Below are positions 1-14,900 of a stretch of DNA of 64,000 nt, piece by piece. A model generated the notes under the pieces. It did not search any database. It was not told the origin of the DNA and was given only the letters and a program-made list of their open reading frames with translations. Both the position numbers and the translations under genes were made by a program. This DNA comes from Orbicella franksi. Taxonomy: Eukaryota. The stretch spans positions 31,124,001 to 31,188,000 of the forward strand of contig OZ116703.1 in NCBI GenBank assembly GCA_964199315.1, given 5' to 3'. Positions within the stretch are counted from its first letter, which is position 1; the number at the start of each line of letters is the position of its first letter.

Positions 1-196
1 TGTAAAAGATGTACATGATGTGTGAATTTATGGCAAAAACCAGGATTGTATTTGTTAAATGTAGCTTAAAGTATCTGTGCTTAAAAAGGGATTGCAACCC
101 TTCTCCCCCTTGCTACCCTCTCCTTCCATTCAGTCTATTAGGCCATTGTGCTGTTTATGTACAGCATAGCTAATGAATGTCTGTTTGTTGTGTTAG

Positions 197-3100
197 CAAA
201 TCTTGAAGAACTTCAGAATGAAGAAAGACGCGAAAAGGAAAATTACAAGGACCAGATTGAGGATTTGAAAGCAAAATGTCAAGAAAAACAAGAAATTGTC
301 AACAGATCCAGGTTTGTTTAATGTACTCTTGCATTGCAGAAATATAACTGAACAGCTACAAAACCGGCTGCTGTTTGGGAAAGGAGTCTGCACTCCCCAC
401 CCCACCCCCGAAGGCAAGAACGTAAACTGTACTTGAGAGAGCAGCGGAAATCGAGTCTACAAAAGATGAGGACTACTTGTTATAAATGTTTGCTTCATGC
501 AGCGTGTGATTGTTTTTCAGTGACGACTTTATGATGTTCAAGAATGATGTTGCAAAACAGGCAATCAACAGCCGATCTGGAAAACCCATTTCACCGAAGG
601 TTCGTTGCTAAATCAATAAGTTTTTATCTTTAATATTGTTGGTGACAAATTACTCCTTAATTTTGGATCAAAATTTCAGCATTAATATCTATACCATGGC
701 AACATTTGGCGCCAAATTTCTCGATACAATAAACAAGTGAAAAACCCACAATTGTAAGCATAATTTGTTGCCCATGACATTGAAAGGTATTTAGGCTCAG
801 GAAATTATTGTAATTTTTCAAATAATTTTGAAATTATTTTTTAATGTCACTCATCACTATTTGATTACAAATACTAATTTCCTTGACAATAATAATCCAA
901 GGACAATAAAAATGGAGAATTTAGAACCTTCTCTCTCTGGAAATCAAACTGTGAATCATGTTGAACTTAACTCATTCATTACATGTGCAGACTATGTCAC
1001 TAAAAGCTGTTTTGCAGTGAGCGTTTCCACATAATATCTGCTATCATTCTTACTGTAATATATTTCTGTAACTCTTTGATCTCTTTAATAGGATCTTGAA
1101 CAATACCAGATGTTAGAGCTAAAGAAAGAACAAGAAGTCATGCAGGTAATAACACATTCTTTAAATTGTAAAAAAAACTATGCTCAGTTTTCGTCTTCAT
1201 ACTAATAATTAACTTACATGAACTTGCAACGCAGTCGTAGAATGGTTGTCTTTCCTTGACTACACTTCGTTCAAGCGTTCCCGATAAAAACTCTTTTGCT
1301 TATCGTGATGGCAAAAAGGTCTGGTTTGTTCATGTCAACTTTTAAGATATGTTAATGGTTGTGATGGTTAATTTGTGTTGCAATGTTATCTTTTAAGGTT
1401 CGGCTGGAGAATATTAAACTGAAAAACCGACTGAAAAAGAGAGAGATGCAGTTGAAAGCTAAGGTGATTGTTTATTTCAATTTTTAGGTGTGTAACTAAT
1501 AATGTCCCGTAAGTTTCCTTCTCACCCGAACAAATACTGTTATCTGTTTTCACTTTTACATGCTACCTGGTTTTGTAAATCAAAACCAAATCACGGCTGA
1601 AGCATGAAGCATGAAGCATGAAGCAAAAATGGCCCGTTAAACCAAGGAAAAATATGTAAAAATACAACAAACTATAACGAAACATTAATAAGAACTAACT
1701 GGAAAGTGTTTCATGACTAAAACGTTTCATTGAAAAAACATAAGCATGCTTATTGAGCACAATTGACCGTAACTTTCACGCTAGTCAACTTCACGTAGTT
1801 TTAACCGACAAACAATGTTGCTGAAAAATTGCCTGGCGTAACACACCCTGACACGAACGCTTCCGCAAGCATTACACGAAGCAGAATTAATTTCTACTTT
1901 TCGCAACGTTTGTAACCAGCGCAGCGAGCGTTCCCTCGCGAACGAAAGAGCTTTGGTGCTTTCGTCCCAACTCCGGACTTCGCTCGAACATGAACGCTTG
2001 CTACTGAGGCTACATGTACAAAGATCATGGCAATACTGCAATACTTTTGTGCACTTTTTGTGGCTTTTATAAACCTTCAGAACAGTAACTGATTTGAAAT
2101 AAAAATCTTTTGGTTATAGTTTGTGGTAGCAATTGTTTACATTCATTTTATTGTGTTTCCAGGAGGAGCTAGCTGAGGGACTTCACCTAATAGACTTTGA
2201 ACAGCTCAAGATTGAAAACCAGACTTACAACGAGAAGATTGAAGAGAGAAATGAGGTTAGTATGGCGCCTAAAAGTGCAGCCAGTCAAGCGCGTGAAAAG
2301 GAGTCGCTTGTTTTTGGGTTTACTCCTGATTGGTTGAGAAAACGGCATGTTCACGCTGATTGGTGAAAGTATGTTGCACAGTTTTTCTTACCATTCTTGC
2401 ATTTCACTAACCTTTATGGCGACACTTTGTACCTAGGCGCCTTGGCCTTTTAGCAGACAGGTCTTTGCCCCTTTCAACCCTCTCCCCTCCCTCTAAAAAG
2501 ACATTCCGCTTGAGAAAATTGAAAATCGGACAGTCCCACACGAAAGCACTACCCAATATCTTTTTTTGATAAGTCACACATTAGAGTTTCAACCATGCAC
2601 AGACTAAAAATAAAACCTTGTACAGCATAGTGAACGGAAAAACATTAAAAGTTCTGCTCAGTAGTTTTCATTTGAATGGTCACACACAAGGGTTTCATCC
2701 ACAGACTTTTAAGTTAGAACCCTGCAATTTGCACAGCGTAGGAAGCAATTCCACATGGAAGAGCTGCTCAATACCATTTATTCAAATACAGCCTCCTTCA
2801 CACACGTTTTCCAGAAGAGAAAAGGTTCATTCAACCCTCCGGTTTTGTTGTGCTTTAGGAGCTGTTAAAACTTCGTAAGAAGATCACGACCACAGTACAA
2901 GTTCTAACTCATCTGAAAGAGAAGTTGCAATTTGTACAGGCTGAGAACAGTGAACAACGAAGCAACCTAAGAACAGTGGAGGCCCATGCTGCACAGGTGG
3001 GTCATTTGAGAGAAGAGTTTGTAAACGCTGGTCTTGCTGTTCAAGATGGGCTGTATTGTGTTGAGTTTTTGGTTAAACACTGTTTTGCTGCTCGGGGCTC

Positions 3101-3951
3101 AGTTATAAATTATTTGTGTAGTTATATCATCTGCGCCTTGAAATTAGTTGCTAGTGCAGCAAATAGGCTCCTATGCAGGTAGGCTTAGCAGCTAGTGGCA
3201 TAACTTAATTTTTCTAATAAAATTCCAGTTAAAAACTGACAAAGAAAAAAAAATCAATGACATACATACACAAGTCATACGGGAAACGTTCTATCACAAA
3301 TCAGTTAATCGGATTTTTTATTCTTATTTCTCTGTCCTTTCCCTTTATAGAAACGAGACATCTTAACAAGGACGAAGCAAGTTAGAGACGCGCTGAGAAT
3401 AGAAAATGTCAAACTCAGGCAAAAGTGTGGCCTTCTTGGAAACGAGCCTTTACTAAGAGACTACGAACAACGAAAGGAGCAGGTAGTTATAAATAAAACG
3501 CGCTCAGTTCTTATGAGATTCTGTTGAAACACTCCAAACTGATGACGAAGCTGTTTCTGGTTGGCTGTTATTTGCGCGGGAAAATACAAAACCTAGCAAC
3601 AACCAACCAGAGGAACTGTGCAGATCTACTTAGAGCTTCGTCATCAATATGGAATGTTTCGGGTCTATTCTCACACGATTCTCGAGCCGGGAAAGTTATG
3701 AATAGCGCTTCTCTCTTTATTTGAACATCTAATCTGTCGAAATCTTGGCCTAGTTTCTAATTTTTTTTTTTAATTACCTTACAATTTATACTAAGAAGGG
3801 AAGTCTCTGAATTTTTTTTGTTTGTTTGTAGAGCGACGAACTTCGAGCGAAGATAGAGCGGTTGAAGATGGATCACGCTGAACTCACAATGAACTGCAGT
3901 GGAGTACGAACAAAAATCGAAGGAGCAAGACAAGAAGAAAAACCGCTTTAG
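197..3951 (+). CDS. CCDC96: Coiled-coil domain-containing protein 96 / cilia- and flagella-associated protein 184, 3' part (last 8 coding exons; 5' end outside window)
   Basis: GT-AG exons 197-311, 521-599, 1092-1145, 1398-1463, 2163-2255, 2859-2996, 3351-3482, 3832-3951 (TAG) join in frame. Translation includes GLHLIDFEQLKIENQTYNEKIEERNEELLKLRKKITTTVQVLTHLKEKL and KRDILTRTKQVRDALRIENVKLRQKCGLLG, recognisable as the CCDC96 C-terminal (DUF4201) region. Confidence 0.93.
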
Positions 3952-4194
3952 AGTTTAGTCTAGTTTATATGTTAAAAATCCTTTAGAATCTTATTGTATA
4001 TACTGATACATTCTTATTTTATTGTAAATTCACCTTCGTTCAGGCTAGTGTCTAGAGCAACAGAAATCGTACATGTGTATAAAAAATTTGGTAATGTTTT
4101 CATCCGTTGTTTATTGTTGTAAATATTTCTTTTATAATTGTGATATCTTCTTTCACCGATGTAAATGTACAAGGAAATATAAAGTTTGTATCAC

Positions 4195-4200
4195 AATAAA
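4195..4200 (+). terminator. Candidate polyadenylation signal of CCDC96
   Basis: AATAAA about 245 nt after the stop, at the end of an AT-rich 3' UTR and before a MITE. Confidence 0.5.
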
Positions 4201-4263
4201 ACTTGAACATTTATGTTCTTAAATAAGCAGTTATGGGCAAAATATTCTCAGGCGCCCTCCACG

Positions 4264-4595
4264 CTGCGCCGGAGGAATTTAAAAACGCAGCTTTCTTTCT
4301 CTGGTTAGGCCTTTCGTCCACACCAATCCGTCACGGAAACGGAGCTTTCCGAAAACGCTCTTCAAACCGGAGCCGGGAATTTAAAAACACCGGCTTTGCG
4401 TTGTGCGGACAGAAAACATTTCGAAAACGACGAGGTTACAATAATCCTATGATTTCCCTGCTCGAGTTTTACTTAAACACAAATCCCAATAGCCGGTGAT
4501 TGTTGCGTTTTGGAATTTCTCCGGCGTAGTGTGGACGGAACACATTTGATGCGTTTTCAGAGTGAAACCTGCGTTTTCAAATTCCTCTGGCGTAG
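4264..4595. mobile_element. MITE-like non-autonomous element
   Basis: Near-perfect terminal inverted repeats CTGCGCCGGAGGAATTTAAAAACGC (4264-4288) and GCGTTTTCAAATTCCTCTGGCGTAG (4571-4595). A partial relative starts near 60420. Confidence 0.75.
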
Positions 4596-5955
4596 GGGTG
4601 CGTACCCCTCCCTGGGATGAAGTCTTCTTTGTATTAACGTTAAAAGTTTGTTCACCTCGCCAGTGAGTTATGCCATTCCTTAGTGAGTGCTAGTGGCGCA
4701 CCCCCTCCTTATAAAAATCCTGGGTCCACCCCTGCAATTGAGTAGTCTGTGTGCGGTCGCCACTGTTGGCCTTGTTTTTCTGCTCGTAGACCAACAATTG
4801 AGTTCTTGGTACTAGAACATGTATCGCCTCTGGCCACTTGAATAACAGATCACAGAGGTAAAAAAGGAATGCTGACATTCAGTTCACGGTTCACCTTTCA
4901 TGTTCACGTTTCGCGCAAATCAGTCCCCCGGGCGTTTAGTTGAAATTAGACTAAAAAAGGTTCTTCAAAAGCAAAGTCTGAGGGAAGAAAATGGGGCGAA
5001 TTTTCTACAGGCCATTTACAATCCCTTCACCGTCACTTTAAACGATGCAGGAAGGTTATATGGCTAAGAGGGGTCCTAAGATTGAGGGAGAGCGGGAATG
5101 CGAGAAGCAGTTTTCGCCTCCCCTTCCCAGTGTATGCCTGCAACACAGGCTAGGAAATTAAAATTGGCGCTGTTGTCAAGCGGGGCTGATGATGGCAGTG
5201 AAGTGGACGTGTATTATTTCATCCTGTCTTATCGAACCTACAACGCTACCACGAGCAACAAGATGTAAGAGGAGAACTCAATACTCGAAAACGAAGCACT
5301 CAAAACACGAAAATGAAGAACCGGCATCTCGAAAACGAAACACTCAAAAGACAAATCGAAAAACGAAGAGGCTTCAACTCGATATTAAATAAACAGCCCT
5401 CCCAGGAGGACCCTGTGAGAACTCGAAAACGAAGTGTGAATTTGTTGAAAGCCAGCAAACTGCCCGGGCAAACTGCATGACTTGAACAGAACGCATCCAT
5501 TCTCGAATGCTTTTCCTTTTATTGCGAATGCAATCTAAATCTCGATCTCACGCTAGAAACGATTATTTTTCATGTATTAGAATTCGTTTTTATTTTGTTA
5601 TTTATTCCTGAAGGGCACGGCTGAAATTCAGGCATGGAGCAATCACAGCAAGTAGAAGCGCGCCCTTTTGGCGCCAAAATCCTCTCTGAAATGTGCGTGC
5701 GCAATTCTATCCCAAAAGGATCTGGGACTCAGGAAATGTCACTACTCCGTAAACGTTCATTTCAGCGAGCACGCAGCGAGGATTGTCGTGGTCTTTATGT
5801 GGTTCTTATCCCAATAAGTCTCTCGAAACCTTTCGAGAACTGTTATTAGGGTCATCAAGATGGATTAACCCCAGTATTTCTTTCCAACGCAACCGTAAAG
5901 TTGTTGATCATTCGCGTGAGTTTCATCTCCGACGTGCGGTTTTGTATTTCGAAAA

Positions 5956-8900
5956 ATGTCCGGGGTTATTGGGAATATGCAAGCAGACAGTGTAAGATCA
6001 CGATCTTACGAATCCATCAACACAAAGGTAACTAGCTTAACTGAGAAAAGAGACTTTTCTTTAAGATTATTACTTTGAAAATCTCTAAACAACTGCTTAG
6101 CGTTCTGAAATGCAGTCACCGAGGGACATCTTACGTACTCATTGAGTTAGGGAAGGCAGATGGCTTCAGATCGGGTTGAAAACCTTAATTTATATCAGCT
6201 TAAAATTAGGTTTATTCAATCTTGTTGATTTAGCGTGTACTGTGGTATTTGGAATTATATTTTCAACACTGAGTGATTTTTTACGCTAACTTAATGTTGC
6301 CCCATTCACGATTCTTCTTTATTTTAACGCAATCGAAAATAAACGTCGAAATTTTTCAAGATCATCGATCTCAGAATAATTCAGCAAGCTGGCATGCATT
6401 GTCTGCATAATTAATGATATTTTTTATTTGGGTACAAGTTTCATTTTCTCCACTTCATTCAGTGAATGGAGCCATGAAAAATAAAACCACATGGTTTTAA
6501 TTCGAATCCTACAATACTATGATGAAGCGAGGAAGCTCAAAGTGAAGGGATAAGGCTTAGTAATTTTCTCCATCATTCATTTATTTAGTAAATTAGCAGC
6601 TATGAAACCCACACAGCGGTCAAATGCAAGAGATATTATAATAGGGACTCGCCTGAAAGCGCCGTTGGGCTATTTCTTCGTCCATCTCTTCGTAGATTTC
6701 CAAATAAACTGTTTCTATACTTGTGGAATCTTTTATTTTCTGTAGTTCCCAGTATACACTGTATTCAACTCAAGTCTTAATGTTAAAGTTACCTGTGACA
6801 TTTACGTTTTGAATTTGAATGGTGTGATCGTTTTCAACCAGTTAAAAAATATATATATTTAACCCTGTAACAGGTAAACAGTTACTGCAATTGAAAGTTT
6901 GATAAATTAGTCATCGTGGATTTTTTTCCCTTTTGATTTGCTTTGATCAACAGATGAACTGTAACCATCAACATATCAGAAAATCATACTAACATTGTTT
7001 TGAAGACAAAACATCCTCTTTAAAAACATTTGCACTTACTACCATTATAAAAGAAGGGGGTCTTTAACTTGCTTTGTGGTACCATGTAAAACAATTTATA
7101 CCTCAGAGTTTTTAATGAATTTCCAAGGCAATAATTTTGGCAGAACTTCTAGTATCTGTAGAGAAAGCTTGTGGTTTAGGTGACAAATTATTTATTTCTG
7201 TGTCTCACACAGCTAATTATGGTGTCCCTAATAGTACAATTAAAATATAAATATCTTTCTTTTAGGCACGCATGGAAACCACTTTTGGAACATCTGCTTT
7301 TTCTCCTGTGACAACAATAACACGAGGTAATATTAGAAAAATACCAAAAACTAAACTTTCAATTTCACAATGTCATTTCACTTTCACTAAGACTCTGTAC
7401 ATGAGGTAGAATAACAGTGGCTGGAGTGATGTGTCAGTGGGTACATAAAGTACCTGATGTTCATCAGCTAATTTCTGGCAAAGGATCCGAATCTCCTCAA
7501 TCACAATTTGGATGCCTTAATTGTTCCACCTCTGCAATTTAATGTTCATGTAATGTTATACAACAAAACAGACATTAATGCCCAGTAAATAAGCGTTGAG
7601 AATTTTTACAAGCCATTGATTGAAGCACGGAAAAAGTTAAGTATGTAAAATAATTATTGGAAAAGGAATTCTTGAAAGGGTAAAGTAAAAGGCTCTTAAA
7701 AATAGATCTCATAGACTGGAAGTGCGTGGCTTGTCACATCAGACACTGACTCTATGCATGAAGTGGTGGAGAGTTAGGTTTTCTCAATTTATTGAATGCC
7801 ATTTATTAAATATTGTTTCTAATTTTCATTTCAGTTGATAGTGAACGCGATGCTTCCCTTAAGAGGAATTCTGCTAGTATGACATGTGTCTCCTCAAGTA
7901 ATAGCACAAGCTTAGGTAGAGAATGCGACATAAATGGTGCAGTTGGTTCAGATCAGGTAAACACGTTTTTGAATCCTTAGAATTCTAATGACTACCAGTA
8001 TATAAAAACCCAAGGCTGGTTCTGATTTGAGACAGTTTTTAGGATTGTTTGGACTGCTAAATTTGCCAAAGGCACTTGGCAGTAGACCAATTTGAATCTG
8101 AGACAGTGCCAAGTGTGAGACAATTGTCTGAGTGCCAATGTATGTAACAATTAACATGTACTGTGCTACCCTCACAATAATGGTATGGTTACCCAAAACT
8201 AACATTGAATATTAATCTTTATTTACTGAAAACTTATTTGGTATAAACATTCATTTTTCATTAGCATTGTTAAATTATGGAATGAATTACCAAGAGATGT
8301 AGTGGAAGCTAATATACTTTCAGCAGTTTAAATCTAAGCTCAAATTGCACTTAATTATTTAATTGTAATGAAGGACCTTAATTTTAATTTTGATTTTATT
8401 GTACTTTTTAAGGGAGTTTTCATATAGGGATAACCTCTTTTAAACTTCCTTCTCTAGTGGCTTCTTTTTTTACCTTATTTTTAGTTTTAATTGTATATGT
8501 ATTTTGCTTCTGGAATAAAAAAAGTATGTATGTATGAAGAGCTAAGCATTGCTCCAGCGCTTTCATTAGAAGCTGGCTACCACAGGAGCTCTGGCATCTG
8601 TGAGTCATCGAGTCATCGGCTGCTTGGCTGTGTTTGTCGACAAAAACTTCAAAAATGAAACTCTTATAATATTTACTGCCTACCTATTTCGCAGTTCAAA
8701 TAAACTGATAAAATATTTCTTACATTTACCTTGACTGTTCATGTATATAAAAGTGTACACATCCATCAAATATGATTGCAAATTGCAAAACATTCAGCCA
8801 TTTTCAGCAGTATCATAATAAAACTTAACCTTGCTTTTAAACTATTACCATGTGGTTGGTCGAGAAAAGATGGCAGCAAAGTGCGCACCCATATACAGTC

Positions 8901-11900
8901 TGGACAGGCTGATTCGTTTACGTTCTTTTGAAAGCAAAACAGGTATTTGAATAAATTTATTTGACTTTGGAATTGTTCTTTCATAAACCTATCGTGTTCT
9001 TCTTTGCTTACGGATGAATATCAATTGCACGAAACGAAACGCTTCATTCCAATGATGAAATTTCGGTCGGCCCAACTGATTCTAAGACTATACAGTCTGA
9101 AGTCACAGATAAGACCTCGCCATCTTCACAATTTTTGGAAAGTCGTGAGCCACGCAAAGGGCCATCAATTGAAGAAATGAAAGACTTTATTTGTTCATCA
9201 TTTGGAAATTCATTCCACAATCCTGTTCACGGTTTTAACACTTGCAGAACTTTATGAAGGAAGCTGATGTACTTCGATAACCCAAACAGAGATAAATCAT
9301 TTGCAGGCAGCAAGCAAAGAAGATCAGTTCCAGCATATATTCATCATCGACTTTACTAACTTTGATGCCCAGAAAGCTGGAAATCTTATTCCTGAAAGTT
9401 TAAATTTCAAAATTTTCTGGGGAAACATGTCCCCAGACCTGCCTAGCAAAGGTTATATACCCTGAGCCGCCTACTTTTATGCTGGCAGACATCTACTTCA
9501 AATGTTATTGAAAGCACTGTGCTCTTGTTTGTTTTTAGGGAAGTTTTGATGCAGTGTGCTTTAAACGCCATCACAGAACATCATCAACAATATCCGCTCG
9601 CTCTCATCATTCCATTTCAAGTTGTACAGAGGAAGATGAAGAGGTTTGCGTGGTGTTATTTGCAAAATAATCCAAATCGTTATAGTAAGCTCATAACATG
9701 TATGTTGAATGGAACTGCTGTCATTGAAGTTCATTTAATCAAAGCATGTTAATTTTGGTTCATGTAAAGTCGTCTGAGTAAAGTTTTGAACAGGATAAAC
9801 AGTATTAATTGGCAGGCGGGCTAGACCAATAAATTTATAAGCATTCCAACACTTGCCACAGGTTATACCTCATCATATTATTAATTTTTCAAGTGAGACT
9901 TGCATAATTAATATTAAAAAACTGACAGACCAAGACTTGGACGTATACGTACATGTGTGGATTTTGAAAAGGACCTGCTAAAAGTTTAGTTGTAGCTCAA
10001 ATTCATTGTTACCCCTAATAATTACCAATCATATTTCCAAACATTTACAGGACCTCCCTCCAGTGAGATAAGTAGCCATCTGGGGGCATTAAAACAGTAT
10101 TTTTAAAGGTGTCAATAAAATGGAGCCAGAAACTTTCCATACCCTCCCTAGGGAAGGTTTTTTTTTTGTTTGTTTGTTTGTATGAAACCCCTTCTCCCAA
10201 CCCACTAGAAATTCTTGTTTAGCATAACTATTTTCTCTAAAAACTTTGGTCTTTAATGCCCCCCCTCCCCCCTCCTCCTTGCAATTTCCAGTGACCTTCC
10301 TCCTTCTTTGCACTGGGAGTGGTTATTCCTGGAGCGGCACATTAAGAAATTATGTAAATTACATGCAAATTATATGCAATATCCAACAAACTTTTGTTTT
10401 TGTGAACTTCAGGCAGTTGTGTTGTTTGTGGATGAACCATCATCAAAGCTGTTCTGCATATTGTGTCAACGAGTGTTTAAAGATCCTGTTATTACATCAT
10501 GTGGGGTAAGACTGTTTTCTGCTACAAAAGTCCTCTAATGGCAGTCTGATAATTAATAAAAAATCTGGTAATTAATTTAGCGCAGAACTATGTTATTCCC
10601 TATCTCATAATGATTGAACAAGAGTATGAACGCCTAATTAAGCCTGAATCAGAATTTAAATTTGCTTTTAGGTGAGGATTGAACTCCCTTTCAGCTCTCT
10701 GTCAGTGAATGAGTTTAATTTCTTTAATTAAGGCTGGTTTTCACTAGCGACAAAGTCCACTTGGAGTTGTAGTCATAAGAGCACCTATGACCTAGTGAAA
10801 ATAAAAAAATCAGAGTTGCAAGCGGTTGATTTGGGGGAATCAGAACATTTCCATTTTCTTGAGATTCCTTCCACAACTGTGGTCAATGTAAACTAAATTG
10901 TCCGAGTCCAAAGCAGAAGCGGAAGGACCTACATACCAATTATAAGGCTAGAGATCTTTTGCACTGACTATCTAGTTGTCATAAGATTTTAAGCATCACA
11001 AGCCTTGGAGTCATAAGCTTCAGATTTATTTTTGCTAAGATCATATTACTCTGTGCTTCTGATTGCATCAACAACTCTGACTGCAACTTTGTCACTTGTG
11101 AAAACCAGCATTTGGTATATTCAGCAAATTGATAAACCAAAAATTGCTTGGAATGCAACATATTTAGTTAAAAGTACTTATGAGTAGATTTTTTTACCTG
11201 TGTTTTAATTTTAAATTTTCCTTTTTGTTTTGTTTCGCTTAGCACACCTTTTGTCGAACTTGTGTTCTTTCAAGAGCATCAGAAAAGTGCCCGGTTGATG
11301 ACAACAAACTCTCAATAGTTGTTGTTAACCTTGCAGTGAGTAATTCTTGTATTTTTATTTTCTATTTCAAATAATCCTGTAGTTGTCTACGCAGTGGCTA
11401 GAAGTTGGTAGGCTTGCTAATTGTATTATTATCCTTTTCTTGTCAGGTGTCTGAGCAGATTGGTGAATTGTACATCCATTGTAAATATGGCTGTAAGCTT
11501 AAGTCAACAGGATCCCCAACAGATTATGAAGTAAATCCTTCTGGGTGCCCTGTGACAGTCAAACTCTCTAACAGACAGTAAGTCATGACTCTTTGTAACT
11601 CATACTGTAAATCAATGTATGTTTGTACAAACGTGTAATAATCCACTTTTTTTTTCAGTGAACATGAGAGGATCTGTCAGTATGCTCCAACTCAGTGTCC
11701 AAACAGTTTGCAATGTCCTACTTTGCTCAAAATGGTAAATTCTTTCAAGTGCAAAGACTAGTTATTATTACATACTTTTGGTAGATGAGTTTTCCATGTA
11801 GGATTGCATACATGTATATTTTGACTGGTTAAGCGTGGCAGGTAATTTAGCAGTAAGTTATCTTTATTACATGTCCTTATAACTACTAAATATACTTAAT

Positions 11901-14900
11901 AAAACTATTTTTTATATGGCTTGTGTTTGTCGCCAATATCATTAACACTCTGATTGGCTCATTGTAGGGCGTTAATCTCCCTTAATGCCCACAGGCCAAT
12001 TAGGGGCCTTTGAAAATAAAGCAAAAAGCCATATAATAGACAACTTATTAACGTCAAACGTTTGGTCCTTACAGGAAAATCTCAAACCTTGACCTCGCCT
12101 TATTGACCTCACTATCCCTCGGTCAATACAGCAAGGTTTCAGTTTGAGATTTTCCCGTGAAGACCTCGCTCTGAGTTAATAAGTAGTTATTAAAGGTGTT
12201 AAGGTCACTATATGAATGTAGAAAATGGTCATCTGTGGGCTATGTTGCTGGAAACCTTATCACACTGATGATAATGATCATAATCTTTCTAAATCTTTTT
12301 TGTGTGAAACTTTCTCAAATAGTTAGCATCTTTTACTGCAGGTAAGTTGAAGCAATCTTTACTTTTTCTGATGAAATGGCTGTAGCTGTTGTCCTAATCC
12401 ATTTCATTCATTGACACATATTCTGATTGCGTGTTCTGTGTATGTACCAGTGCACGTATTTACTGATTACTGCATAACTCTGTCAACATCAACTAGGATC
12501 TTGAAGATCATTTACAAGTTTGTGAACACATGAGATGTCCACACCAAAAATATGGGTAAGCGATTCATCAAATATGCAGATCAAATTGATTTAGACTGCT
12601 GACAGTCTGTTTTTCTCCCGAAATGAGGCAGGGATTGTGAGAAAGGCCTTTCAGACTAGAAGGGATTGGCATGAGACATGGGTGTGGCACAACCCTGGCC
12701 CTTTTTGTCCATACCACCCTTTTGTGCTCATACTCACAGGTTAACACTCATTTGACCCTTAAAGTACATGTAAAGGCCAGCTGCTGGCAGTCTAAATTGA
12801 TTACAATAGACAAATATCCCGGCTTTTCATTACACAGGTCGTTTTTCATATGGGTCCAAGCCTAGAGTTTAATTTAGTGTTCAGTTTCAAAATCAGTCAA
12901 AGTTATTGTGTACTTTTACAATTTAAACATTTCTTTTGTAGCATTTTGCATTTGAAATTGTACCCTTATTTCAGCATGTTGTGGCTCCTTCTGGAGTTAT
13001 CCCACAGAATTACATGTACCTGCTTGATTCCAAAGTGATATAATTATATTGTTGTTTTGTAATCTTTTAATTTTAGATGTCACATGGAGGGCAATCATAA
13101 AGAGGTTCGACTTCATCTTGAGACATGCAAGTTTGAAGCTGTCAAGGTATACTGCCATGTATGTTAATGACAAAGAAGCATTGTACAAACGTCTTGTCTA
13201 CAAATTTGATCTGTTTTCTTTTGTTCCCTCTGGCTTACATTGGTTGATATGAAAATTATTTCCAGGCCATAGTGATTACATGTAAGTCAACTGGGAACAG
13301 AATGCTATAATCATTAGCATGAAGATATTTAAGTAACGGCCATTAGTACTAGGGTGAGCGAAGCTTGTACATGTACAGATTATTATTTCCTAGTCAGACT
13401 AGTCAAAGTTACATTGTATGAAGTAAATTGCATATTTTTAACAACTTTTGGCAGGAATTTCTGCAACATACTGACAAGAGAATGGAAGAACTCAAAACAA
13501 CACTGAAAGATAAAGATCAGGTAACAAACGGTACAAAAATAGGACAGTTTTCATTAAACTTCACATTTTGAACTTTTTAAACTACAGTTTACTAGGTTTA
13601 TTTGGTGAAATTGTTTTCAGGAAATTGTCTTTCTCAAAGCCATGATTCTGAAGTTGACAGAACGAGTTGATAGAATGGAAAAAACTGTCGACATCAGAAT
13701 AGGTAAGTACGAAGGGTTATTCTTTGGTTGCATTTGCTATTGTAGTTAGGTTAAGTCTGCATACGAGCCAAGTGGCCCATTAGGCCAGAGCTTATCCCGG
13801 TTTCTGTAGCATGAAGCGACTAGGAGTATTTCTACTCCCCCCTGGATGGGATGCTAGTCCATTGCAGGGTTACCCCCAGCATTAAATTCGCTGGTATCCA
13901 TTTATACACCAGGGTGGAGAGAGGCACTGAGAGTACAGTATCTTTCCCAAGAACACAATACGATATCCCCGACCAGGGTTCGAACCCGGACCGCACAATC
14001 CAGAGTTTAGCGCACTAATCATGAGGCCACCGCACCACCAATACTTTCTATCGTAATCAGTGTAAATTCATCCTGAAACTTTCTCTGTACTGTTACTTCA
14101 TTAGATCTTTTGGATGAGAGCCAAACAAAGCTGTCCTCAGATTTATTGGATTCAAGGCAAAGCATTTCACAAATCCAGGTATAAAATACTTGTGTGAAAT
14201 GTTTTTGTAAGGCCTGTACTATTTTTAAAGTTTTCATGTAATTATTTACGTCTGTCGAAAAATTCTCCGGCAAATTATCTTAAGACAGATATTATTTTAA
14301 TTCCAAATACAAAGGTGAAAATTAGCTATCTTGGTTCACTTTCTCCGAGAAATACTTAAGCGAAAATGGAAAAAAGTTACTTTCATTTTATTTCATTATT
14401 TTGCAAAATATGGCTAAGGAACTGTACAAATGCATAGCCTGTTTCCTTGTGACTTAAAAACTCATTGTTCTCTTTCCCTTAGGCTACAGTTTCAACTTAT
14501 CATTCTATAAAAACACTTACTGACACGTTTAAAGGATTTTTTTTTGTATAACTGTGAGGGCCAATCTTTTCTTTTCTTGTGTTGAACAGACTGACTTGGC
14601 AAATGTAGAGGCGAGGCTGTGGGGTGTTGGAAGTAAGTCATATATCGTTTATTTTTGTTTTTCGTTTGCGCAACCTACCCAAACTTTGGAGCTCAAGCCA
14701 GAAATCTCAGTATGACAATTCTATTTCTAGGAAATAACACTATCTTGGTTGAAGTAATTTTTAGTAATGTGTGTATTTTCTTTCAGCGTTCGATATCCAG
14801 CCGTTATTCAAGTGCAAAGGAACTTTTGTTGGTCACCAGGTAAATATTGTAAAAGTAGCGTTGATTTTAATACCTTGGCATTACAACAGAAGGTATTAAT

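Noticed and set aside
8766-9400. Possible decayed hAT/TTF-zinc-finger transposase relic in TRAF7 intron 3
   Set aside because: Only a CxxC and a vague resemblance. No TIR, TSD or convincing motif.
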